The notes under the pieces: generated by a model | What the model was told of the DNA's origin: nothing | Database searches by the model: none | Seen by the model: the letters and a program-made list of their open reading frames with translations, nothing else | Position numbers and translations under genes: made by a program | In this document: positions 50,145-61,339 of the stretch, piece by piece | How the letters are laid out: each line of letters opens with the position of its first letter | Position numbering within the stretch: position 1 is the stretch's first letter | Assembly: GCF_004010195.1 (NCBI RefSeq) | Contig: NC_057749.1 | Coordinates: 23,105,246-23,169,245 of the forward strand | DNA: 64,000 nucleotides | Direction of reading: 5' to 3' | DNA from: Chiloscyllium plagiosum | Taxonomy: Eukaryota

Positions 50145-50505
50145 AGATCATAGAGTGATAGAGTCATACAGCGTGGAAACTGACCCTTCGGTCCGACCGG
50201 TGCATGCCAAACTTAATCCCAAATTAAACTAGTCCCACCTGCCTGCTCCTGGCTCTCCAAACCTTTTCTATTCATGTATTGCGCCCACATCCACCACTTC
50301 CTCAGGAAGTTCATTCCACACGCAAACCACACGCTGTGTAAAAAAAAATTGGTCATCAGGCCTTTTTTAAATCTCTCTCCTCTCACCTTAAAAATGTCCC
50401 CCCACCCCCATCTTGAAACCTCCTGTCCTTGGGAAAAAGACCCCTACCATTAACTCTGTCTATACCCTTCATGACTTTGTAAGCATTTATAAGGTCACCC
50501 CTTAA
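50145..50505 (-). mobile_element. CR1 3' end
   Basis: Typical CR1 3' UTR on the minus strand. Confidence 0.8.
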
Positions 50506-50879
50506 TCTTGCTTGCTCTTTGGAGCTTTCCATTTAGTCCCACACTCCAGTTCTTTTACCCTAGCCCTGCAAATTCTTCCTCGTCAAGTCGCTAACAATGG
50601 TAGCATTAAACTATTCCATTGCTTTTTCAGGCCCACTCCAAATTGCAAACATTTTCTGCCTAGAATAAAACACAACGTTTCTCATCTCACCTTTTTTATT
50701 TGGCTTTACTTCTGTGTTCTCTGTTTATTTACTTTATCGGCACTCAAAACATTTTCTCCTTATCTACTATATCGAAACTATATATGATTTTGAACACCCT
50801 ATAAAGTCTAATATTTCTTTGCTCTATGGTGAACATTGCAGCTTCTCTAGTATCCTCCATCTCTGGTAACACTCTTGTA

Positions 50880-51900
50880 AAACAAGAAAGCAGAGAGTGG
50901 GGATTAAAGGGTCCATCTCAAAATGGCAGCCAGTGACAAATGGTGTTCTGCAAGGCTCTGTGTTTGAGCCACAACTTTTCACTTTATACATCAATGATTT
51001 TTGCAAGGTTTGTGAAGGTTTGTAGCTCAGGTTGAGGTTTAGGGTTGAGGTTGGGACAGGCTAAGCAAAGACATGCCAGAGAATTCCTAGAGGCCTGGCA
51101 TTCCAACCACAACACCGTAAACAAACACATAGATCTAAATACCATCTATCAGCCCCTCAGAAAATGAACAGGAAATGACATCACCACAAACCCCAGGAAC
51201 CCCATCCAGGACAAACATATAAATAGAAAGCAGGAGACAACAACTTCGCTTCACTTGGAGGTCGCCACTGATGATGTTACCTAGCCAGGTAATGAAACAT
51301 CTGAATATCAAACCTACAGCTCAGCAAGCAAACCTACACCCTAAACATCAATGATCTAGATGTAGGAACTGAGGGCTAGGTTTGCAGATGATACAAAGAT
51401 AGGTAGAGAGACAGGTAACATTGAGGAGGCAGGGAGGTTGCAGAAGGATTTGGACAGGTTTGGAGAGTGGGCAAAGACGTGATAGATGGAGTACAACATG
51501 GGAAAGTGTGAGGTCATGCACTTTGGCGGGAAGAATAGAGGCATGGACTATTTTCTAAATGGAGAGAAAATTCAAAAGTCTGAAATGCAAAGGGACTTAG
51601 GAGTTCTAGTCCGGGATTCTCTCAAGGTAAATTTGCAGGTTGAGTCAGTAGTTAGGAAGGCAATTCCAATGATGGCATATATTTTGAGAGGAGTTGAATA
51701 TAAAAGTAGGGATGCACTTATGAGGCTCGATAAAGCACTGGTCAGACAACATTTGGATTATAGTGTGCAGTTTTGGGCCCCATATCTCAGGAAGGCTGTA
51801 CTGTGTTCAGAGCGTGTTCAGAGCAGGTTCATGAGAATGGTCCCAGGTGTGATAGGTTTAACATGAGAGGAATGTTTGAGGTCTCTGGGTCGCTACTCAC
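50880..51900 (+). mobile_element. CR1 RT fragment interrupted by a Penelope insert; partial SINE follows (51903-52055)
   Basis: GSV...YINDLD, FADDTK and KCEVMHFG motifs. Confidence 0.85.
50999..51344 (+). mobile_element. Truncated Penelope-like element (Poseidon type) with hammerhead at 51268-51301
   Basis: GQAKQRHAREFLEAWHSNHNTVNKHIDLNTIYQPL; TSD ACATCAATGAT at 50988-50998 and 51345-51355; CTGATGA-T-GTTACC/GGTAAT-GAAAC-ATC. Confidence 0.85.
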
Positions 51901-52984
51901 TGGGTGGCACAGTGGCTCAGTGGTTAGCACTGCAGCCTTACAGTGCCACAAACCCAGGTTCAATTCCAGCCTCAGGCGATTGTCTGTGTGGAGTTTGCAC
52001 ATTCTCCCCATGTCTGTGTGGGTTCCCTCTGGGTGCTCTGGTTTCCTCTCACAGTGGAAAGTGACGCAGAAATGAATTCAGGTGAAGGTGGAAGGGCAGT
52101 GGGATTCTGGAATGCCACAATCCCTGCCTAATTACATTACCTTCCCAGCTTAGGCCCTGCTACATCCTGAACTGGAAAAGCCTGCCTAATAATTCCACTG
52201 GGGAGTAACTTGGTATTTATAATAGATTAGTGTAATTTCCTGGCTTTTGTCATAGCTATACCATAATTTAAGGGTGACTTCTACTCTGGGTCTTCATTTC
52301 CTGACATGAGTCTTCATGACCAGGCTATTTTGTGACCCACGAATCTGTGAGTCACTGGGACAGGAGGAGTGGAAATTGGAATGCAGGATTTGCTTCATTT
52401 TCTTTCCTTCTCTGCTGCCTCTGTCCTTCATCGCTTGCCTTCATTGAACTAATATATATCGGAAGCAATGTTCCCTCGGAGGCTCTGCAAAGGATGTAGA
52501 GCATGGTCACTGGTGTGAGAGGGTAGAGGTGTGCAATTAACATTTTGTAACATGGGAAATAGAAATATAAAATCAATACTGGAAAACTCTGTAAATCTGA
52601 AATGTTAACCTCACCCACTGCTCTCTGCGGATGCTACCGAACCTATTGAAAGTTTCAAGGATTTGCTGTTTCTCTTTGAGATCTTCAGCATCTGATGTAT
52701 TGTGCTTTTTAAAAAGCCGAGTCCTTCATCTTTTGAACAATGCAGACGACCAAGTGATGTGACAGAGATGTTTAAATGCATGAAAGGGTTTAGGAAGAGG
52801 CGATTTGTCTACAACAAAAGTATCATTGGTACCAGATTAAATATGAGCAATTTAGAACAAGCTGGAGACTTGTGAGGCAAGAGAATTCAGTTTCAGGGTT
52901 AGCAGTTGAGACAGAAATTAAAGCAAATTTGTCGATCAAGACGATGCAAGGTGTATGGAAACAGGTGGCTAGATGCGATGATTA

Positions 52985-53610
52985 TAAAATTTACAAGTAG
53001 AAGTCAATCATTCAGTCCATTGAATCCATTCTGCCAGTTCATGAGGTCACGACTGATCTGATAGACCTCAGTTCCGGTTTCCTGCCTTTACTCAGAACTC
53101 ATGATTCTCTTTCTGATAAAAACTCCATTCAAACAGCCTTGAATGACCCAGCTTTGACAGCCCTCTGTGGTAAAGAATTTCACAGATTCACAACCCTCTG
53201 AGAGAAGAAATTCATCCACATTTCAGTCTTAAATGTGCACAGAAACAGACCCTTTGGTCCAACCTGTCCATGCTGACCATATATCCTATATTAATCTTCT
53301 TCCATTTGCCAGCACTTGGCCCATATCCCTCCAAACCATTCCTAATCATTTACCCATCCAGATGCCTTTTAATTGCACCTGCTTCCACCACTTCCTCTGG
53401 CAGCTCATTCCATAAATGCATCACTTTCTGTGTGAAAAATTTGCCCCTTAGGTCCTTTTTAAATCTTTCCCCTCTCGCCCTAGGAAAATGGACCCTCTGG
53501 TTCCTAGACTCTCCCACAAGAAGAAAAGGTGTTTCAGCATCTACCCTGTGAAGATGCCTAAGAATCTCATATCTTTCAATAAGGTTGCCTCTCATTCGTG
53601 GAAGCTCCAA
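52985..53610 (-). mobile_element. Nested CR1 3' fragments
   Basis: ORF 53350-53610 FFTQKVMHLWNELPEEVVEAG. Confidence 0.8.
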
Positions 53611-53749
53611 TGAGTACCCTACCTGCTTGTGCTAATGGAAAACATGGACAATTTGGTTCACTGGCTCGTTCTTGTGTTGTAAAGTCCACTAATTTTGACA
53701 TGGGGCTGTACCCTTCTGATGGACTGAGATTCCTTAACTTTTTATGCTA

Positions 53750-54425
53750 AAGTGGAGATGCAGGTAGATAGGACAGTGAAGAAGATGTTTGGTATGCTTT
53801 CCTTTATTGGTCAGAGCATTGAGTACAGAAGTTGGGAGGTCTTGCTGTGGCTATAAAGGATATTGGTTGGGCTACTTTTGGAATATTGTGTGCAATTCTG
53901 GTCTCCCTGCTAAAGGAAGGATATTGAGAAACTTGAAAGCTTTCAGAATAGATGTACAAGGATGTTGCTAGGGTTAGATTATTTGAGCTAAAGGGAGAGG
54001 CTGAACAGTATGGGACTGTTTTCCCAGGAGTGACAGAGACTGAGGGGTGACCTTATAGAAGTTTATAAAAGCATGAGAGGCATGAAAAGGGTAAGTAGAC
54101 AAGTTCTTTTCCCTGGGGTGGGGGAGCCCAGAACTAGAGGACATAGGTTTATGGTGAGAGGGGAAAGATTTAAAAAGGGCCTAAGGGGCAACTTGTTCAC
54201 ACAGAACGTGGCACGTGCATGGAATGAGCTGCCAGAGGAAGTGGTGGAGGCTGGTACAAGTGCAACATTTAAAATGCATCTGGATGAGTATATGAATAGG
54301 AAGGGTTTGGAGGGATATGGGCCGGGTGCTGGCAAATGGGACAAGATTAATTTAGGATATCTGCTCAGCGTGGACAGGTTGAACTGAAGGGTCTGTTTCC
54401 ATGCTGTACATCTCTATGACTCCAT
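53750..54425 (+). mobile_element. CR1 3' fragment
   Basis: ORF 54073-54387 RTRGHRF...WNELPEEVVEAG. Confidence 0.9.
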
Positions 54426-55975
54426 GATTTTTGCATAAAAAGAGTAAATTTTTGGCGTTTGCTTAGTTTCTGAGCTTGCTGCACATAGACCTGTTGAGGC
54501 CATTATGAGCTGTTGGGCCTTATTAATTTCAGCCATCTGAAGTTTGCAGGGAACCCTATACCCATCAATATTAAACCGTTGTTGATTCTTGGCAGTGTCA
54601 TGAATACAAATTGATCCTGTACTCGATTCTCCCTCAACCCAACTAATACATCCAGTCAACACCGAAATCATTTCATCCTAAACCCAAGTTTATCGATTTT
54701 AACAGCATTTTTTTTTTAAAAAAAGAGATGGCTAATTAGCTGGCTGGGTTGGCATTTCTGGCCAGTTGTTAATTGCCCTGGACAAGGTGGTGGTGATCTG
54801 CCTCCATTAATCTTCTGGCAGTACATAAGGTGTAGTAGTGCCAATTATTAGGGAGGGAGTCCCAGGATTTTACTCAGCGACAGTGAAGGAACAGCAATAT
54901 CTTTCCAAGTCAGGATGAGGTGTGTTTTGGAGGGGAATTTGCTGGTGGTGATGTTCGTGTGTACCTATAGGTCATGGTACAGTTCATGGGTTTGGAAGAT
55001 GCTGTTGGAAAAGCTTTGGTAATCTTGTAGATGATACTCGGTGATGTCACTGCAATGATAATATACCAATCAAGCAAGCTGATTTGTCCTGGTTTGTGCT
55101 TCTGCATATTGATGGGGCTGCACCCACACAGATAAGTGGAGAGTCTATGGGCTTTCAGAAGACTTTCAATAGAAGGTTTCCCACAAGTGTTTGTTTTAAA
55201 TATTCAGGCCTGGAGTGCAAGAGAAAATGTAGCAGCATGATTAGAAAGTTGGTTAACCAGCAGGAATCATGGTTAGGAAAAATAAGTTATGGTACTGCAG
55301 AGGTAGTAGGGGGGAGGCAATTGGAAACTATGTGACCTGGGAGCGAGAATTGGGTCAGTATAAATAGCAAGAACAGGAGAGTCAGCCAACCTGCAGAAGG
55401 CAATGGCAAATCACTACAAGGCCTGGCCCATAAGCATGAAGCAGTCTAATGGAGGTTCCATGGTTTGGAAGGGGAGCATTGGAGAAAAGGGTAAGTGATG
55501 GCCTCATGGTATTATGCTTGGACTATTAATCTGGAGAATCAGGCAATATTCTGTGGACCTGGCTCAAATCCTACTACAGCAGATGGTGGAATTTGAATTC
55601 AAAAAGTATTTGGAATTAAGAGTCTAATGATAACCACGAATCGATTTTTGGAAAAAAAAAACTATCCGTTTACTAATATCATTTCGGGAAGGGAATGTCT
55701 GACCTACATGTGACTCCAGACGCACAGCAATGTGGTTGGCTCTTAACTGCCCTCTGGGCCATTAGGGATGGGCAATAAATGCTGAGTGGAAGTGGGTACT
55801 GCAGATACTGGAGATTAGAATAGTGCTGGAAAAGCACAGCACATCAGGCAGCATCCGAGGAGCAGGAGAATCAACGTTTCGGGCAAAAACTCTTCATCAT
55901 GAATGGTGGCCAAACCAGTGACACCCTCATCCCATGAATGAATTTTTAAAAAGGCAAACATATCAGTATAGATTA

Positions 55976-56365
55976 GGCAGGATGGTGGCTCAGTGATTAG
56001 CAGTGCTGTCTGATTTATACAATAATAACATTGTTCACAATGCTAGGGACCAAGTTTCAATTCCACCCTCAGGGGACTGTGTGCAGAGTTTGCACATTGT
56101 GTGGTTTTCCTCCAGGTGCTCCGGTTTCCTTCCACAGTCTAAAGATGGCAGCACGGTGGCTCAGTGGTTAGCTCTGCTGCCTCACAGCGCCAGTGATCTG
56201 GGTTCAATTCCAGCCTCGGGTGACTGTCTGTGTGGAATTTGTACATTCTCCCCATGTCTGCCTGGGCTTCCTTTGGCTGCTCCTAAGATGTGCAGGTTAG
56301 GTGAATTGGCCATGCTAAATTGCCCATAGTATTCAGGGATGGGGTTAAGTGCATTAGTCAGGGTT
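55976..56365 (+). mobile_element. Two tandem/nested HE1-like SINEs
   Basis: Heads at ~55976 and ~56146. Confidence 0.8.
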
Positions 56366-57399
56366 AAGAAAGTTTGAGGGATTTACAGTTTGTTGGTCCA
56401 AAGTAGCTCTGTCTGTTTTGGCAAATTTCAGCAGTCCAACTAGTGGGCTAGTAATTTGTAGAGTGGATCTTCAGATAGGATCTATTTCCAATTAATTTCC
56501 ACTTGTAATGACTGTGTGGTTTAACCTGATGTGATCAGAGGTCTTTCATGTGAGTTCTTCAAGGATGCTAGAAGCTCATTCCAACATATGCAAATGAGAA
56601 TGAACAGTGTTGCAGTGTAAGGAATAATTTTAACCTGATTCAGCATTCTGTAAACCTGCAGGATTGAATGCGTGCTGATGTTACAGTCTTTCGGATTTTG
56701 CTCTCCATTGAAAGCAAGGCAGTTGTATGGTCAATAAAGTAATCAATCCTATCAGCTTTCTGACAGATGGATTAGGTTAAAGGTGATCCCATGTTATAGT
56801 CACTAGGTTTAATAATGAACAAACAATTACACAAAGTGGAACACAATTAAACAGTTGTACCAGTTTCAGTGTCACTTGAGTCTGTGTCGACCATCTTCAC
56901 TTTGGAATCTGCAGCCTGAAGGAGCTTTCAAGAGGGATTGTGGTGTTACTGAAACTTCGTACAGTGATATTTTCAGCCTGGCCCTGAACAAAGTTGCATT
57001 TGCCTTTGAGAGTTTGAAGTCTCCTCAACATCCATCAGGAAGTCTTCACATCCATCTGCAGTGAGAGTTGCTGAGTACCAGCTACAAGGAGACTAAACAT
57101 TTGGGATATACCAAGCTTTTGAAAAGTGCTTTTCAAATGCAAAACGCTCTTTGACATTGGTCCTATTTGTTAAAGTTCTCTAGATTTAGAAATTATGCAT
57201 TTGATAGAAAAATGAAAGCATCAATTCCATTTCTATTCTTTCTCCTCACCACCACATTTAAATGTGGAGCATCAACGGATGTAATTCCCTACTTAAAAAA
57301 GAAGAAGGGTAGGTGACTCCAAAACACTACCAAGATACTTGCCCTCACTCCAGGATCTGATCCTAACATTCAACTGACTTTAATCTTCAGCTGAAGCGG

Positions 57400-57680
57400 T
57401 TATAGAGTCATTGAAATGTACAGCACTGAAACAGACTCTTCGGTCCAACTCAGCCACGCCGACCAGATATCCCAAATAAATCTACTCTTATTTGCCAGCA
57501 TTTGGGCCAAACTCATCCAATTCAAACACCCATCCGAGATGCCCACCAGGCTGCACCATGTCCTCTGGCAGCTCATTCCATACACACACCACCCTCGGTG
57601 TGAAAATGTTACCCCTTAGCTCCCTTGTAAATCTTTCCCCTCTCACCTTAAACGCATGCCCTCTAACTTTGGACTCTTCT
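57400..57680 (-). mobile_element. CR1 3' end
   Basis: Typical 3' UTR. Confidence 0.8.
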
Positions 57681-59159
57681 AACTATCAGGCCAAGCGATA
57701 AACGTCAGCCTGAGATCATAAGCTCTTAACCAGGTATACGTTTCAATCCAAACCTGAGCCCTCAACTGAATAAATGTTCAATCTTATCTAACTCAGAGAC
57801 ATTATAGACATTTTCTAATCAATCTGCCCAGAGTTGCTGTTTCACTTATGGAACAGGTGCAACTAGAGCATAGGCCTTGTAGCTCAGAAATAGTGTCACT
57901 ACTAGTGCGGCACATGAACTCCTTCCAGAGAGTTTATATTCAGCAATCGATTACATCTCCACTGGGACAGATAAAAAGTAGGAGTAACAGCAATGATAGT
58001 CATTGACATGAGAGAAAATTCGAGTCAGCCAAGGTTCAGAGTGGGGTTCCCCTGTAAACTGACAGTATTATTTGGATGGTCTTTAATATATCTGCTTGGT
58101 ATGAGGGACGACTAACTTAAATCTTGCTAACTAAAGTGATAATCCTGCCAAACTGTGAAAAGCATATTTTGTTGCAAAAAAAACAAGTTGTTTTTTTGAG
58201 GACATCTGGTCTATTGAATAGTCATGTCCCAACCAAGAATAGATCATCGAATACGTTTAGCCTCAAAACTTGAAAGCTGTCATTTGCACTATTTGCCAAC
58301 GAATTGTGTTTCAACACTGGAGTATCCAACTCCCCCAATTAGAGCTTGTTTAGAACAGGTTTTTTTTAAATTTAACATTTGTTCGAGTAAATTATCTGGC
58401 ACAGAACAACATACTTTATCCCACACACTCATTTTGATATTCGTGGTGTTACGAGGGACCAACTGCAATAATTGAAATTGAACAATTCATCGCATTCTAT
58501 GTACTCGTACTAAACAGACCGAATGTGTAGATTTTGTAGTTTTCCTTGGTGAATGAGTAGGGTGAGAAGGGTCAGCATGCTATGATGCTATGGAGGAAAT
58601 TGGGACAAATGCGTGAGAAGTCGAGGGAGACCATTCTCAACATCGAGAGCAACACGTTGCATTTTCCAACAACGTTACGGATGTTGAGACAAGACTCTCA
58701 CTAAGACAGCAGTGAGATGCCTGGCAATGGGGGCTATGGCTTTTGATCGGTTCATCAACAGCACATCTCACCTCATTAATATGCAGCTTCCGATCCAGCG
58801 CGAGAGAGCTAGACATCCGTAAGTCTCGCTGGTCCGATGGGTTTAAGGGCCTTTATCTGCGCTGTTGATCGCTCTAACACCATTTTTAAAATTTATGTAG
58901 CAAATGTAAATGTTACAATTTTTTACATTTGATTTGATTTGATTTATTATTGTTAAAATGGTCATAAATCTGTGGAATTCACTTGTCCAGAATGTGGTGG
59001 GCATTTGAGTAAAGTCAAGGAGGAGATAGACAGACGTTTAATTAGTAATGGGTTGAAGGGTTTTGGAGAGTGGTCAGGAAAGTGGAGTTGAAGCCGAGAT
59101 GAGATCAGCCATAATCATATCAGATGGAGGGACAGAATTGAGGGGCCGAATTGCCTAGG

Positions 59160-59384
59160 AGAAAGTGAGGACTGCAGATGCTGGAGATCAGAGCTGAAAA
59201 TGTGTTGCTGTAAAAGCGCAGCAGGTCAGGCAGCATCCAAGGAGCAGGAGAATCGACGTTTCGGGAATGAGCCCTTCTTCAGGAATGTTTCCTGAAGAAG
59301 GGCTCATGCCCGAAACGTCGATTCTCCTGCTCCTTGGATGCTGCCTGACCTGCTGCGCTTTTACAGCAACACATTTTCAGCTCT
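59160..59384 (-). mobile_element. Penelope-derived palindromic insert with two head-to-head hammerhead motifs and 12-bp TSD
   Basis: GAATTGCCTAGG at 59148-59159 and 59385-59396; 98-bp arms; plus-strand core at 59292-59319. Confidence 0.9.
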
Positions 59385-59751
59385 GAATTGCCTAGGCCTG
59401 CTTTTGGTTCTTATGTTCTAAGCCATGGGGGATAGCAACCAGCTCTCAGATACCATAAAGGAGTGCACAATTAAAATGTTGCTACTGAACCCAAACGTTT
59501 AGAATTCTCTGCCCCATTCTTATTGTTGCATGTGGAGCAAATATACATGTCTCTCACTGTTATGACTTTTGCTACATAGATCTTACAGCCTGTGCTGTTA
59601 AGGTCGTTCTCTTCAAAACCTGGCTCTAACAGTAAACAATGCCACCCAGTGTTCTGAAAACCAGGTAACACGTTAACTGCAAATCTTATTCTGGATTAGT
59701 GGTGCTGGAAGAGCACAGCAGTTCAGGCAGCATCCAAGGAGCTTTGAAATC

Positions 59752-59779
59752 GACGTTTCGGGCAAAAGCCCTTCATCAG
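59752..59779 (-). ncRNA. Minimal hammerhead ribozyme motif in a Penelope-derived fragment
   Basis: Minus strand CTGATGA-A-GGGC(TTTT)GCCC-GAAAC-GTC. Confidence 0.7.
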
Positions 59780-60434
59780 GAGAGCAGGCGCCCGTACCAA
59801 ATATTTCCATCTGGAGCAAACAGTGGTTAAAATCAGGGAATAATTAAGGTCTGTGTGTGAATCACTCTCATTAATCCCAAGGTTGAGACTTGTAGCAAGG
59901 ATCCTTTGACAGGCACAGTGAATGCAGCAAGTGAGAGAAAGGTATCCAACTTACACTGTTAGTGAAGGAAGGTAGAGGAGAAGGAATCTGATAGAAATGA
60001 TATATGCAGAATTTGCATTACACAAGAACAGACCATTCAGCCTAACTTATCCATGCTGGTCTTTTTGTTCCAATCAACGTCCGCAGTCAGAAACTGATCT
60101 GGACTAGTTATATAAATACTATAACTACAAGAGCTAGGAATGCTGCCCACAGTAACTCACTTTCTCAGCCTGAACACAAGGCACAAGTCAAGATGGTAAA
60201 GGAATTCTCCCCACGTGCCAGATGAATGCATCTCCAGCAACCCTCCACCCAGTGCAGGACAAAGTAGCCTGATTGTCACCCCATCCACCATAATAAATCT
60301 TCGCTGTCTTCCCCACCAATGCACAGGGTCAGCTGTGTGTATCATCTAGGAGAGGCATTGCAGCAATTCAGCAAGACTCTGTTCACAGCATCTTTCAAAT
60401 CCTTGGTTTCTACCACCCAGAAGAACAAGGGGTT

Positions 60435-61292
60435 CTTCGTTCCTTGAAAGTGGAGTCACAGATAGACAGGGTAGTGAAGAAAGCATTTGATATACTTGTC
60501 TTTAGTGACCAGTCCATTAAGTATAGGATGCAGAATATCATTTTGTGGCTTATAGGACATTGCTTAAGCCGCCTTTGGAATACTGCACTCAAATATGATT
60601 TCCCTGCTGTAGGAAGGATGTTGTGAAACTTGAAAAGGTGTGAGAAAGCATTTACAAGGATGTTGCCAGGTTTGGACAAAGTTAAAAAATCACACAACAC
60701 CAGGTTATAGTCCAACAGGTTTATTTGGAAGCACACTAGCTTTCGGAGTGACGCTCCTTCATCATGTGTTTCCAATTAAACCTGTTGGACTATAACCTGG
60801 TGTTGTGTGATTTTTAACTTTGTACACCCCAGTCCAACACCGGCATCTCCAAGCCAGGGTTGGAAAATTTGAGCTATAGGGAGAAGCTGAACAAGCCCTG
60901 GAACATTGGAGGTCGAGGTGTCCTGATAGAGCTTTATAAAATCATGAGGGGCATGGCTAGGGTAAATAGTCAAGACTTTTACCCCAGGGTAAGGGAGCCC
61001 AAATGTAGAGGGCGTAGGTTTAAAGTGAGAGGGGAAGATATAAAATGGACCTAAGGGGCAACCTTTTCATGCAGAGGATGGTGTGTGTCTGGAATAAGCT
61101 GCCAGAGGTAGTGGTGGAGGCTGGTACAATTACAACATTTAAAAGGCGTCTGGATGGGATATGAATAGGAAGGGTTTAGAGGGATATGGGCCAAGTGCTG
61201 GCAAATGGGACTAAATTAATTTAGGATATTGGTCAGCATGGGCAGGTTGGACTGAAGGGTCTGTTTCTGTGCTGAACATCTCTATGACTCTA
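60435..61292 (+). mobile_element. CR1 3' fragment with palindromic Penelope-derived insert (~60675-60852)
   Basis: CR1 motifs on both sides; near-perfect GCCAGG(T/G)TTGGA duplication flanks the insert. Confidence 0.85.
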
Positions 61293-61339
61293 CAACAAGT
61301 TGGAGCACTTGGGGGTGAACAGTGACAGCACAGCTTCAG

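Noticed and set aside
56850..57062. Candidate minus-strand coding exon after CTCTCACTGCAG
   Set aside because: Stops in all three frames before any plausible donor.
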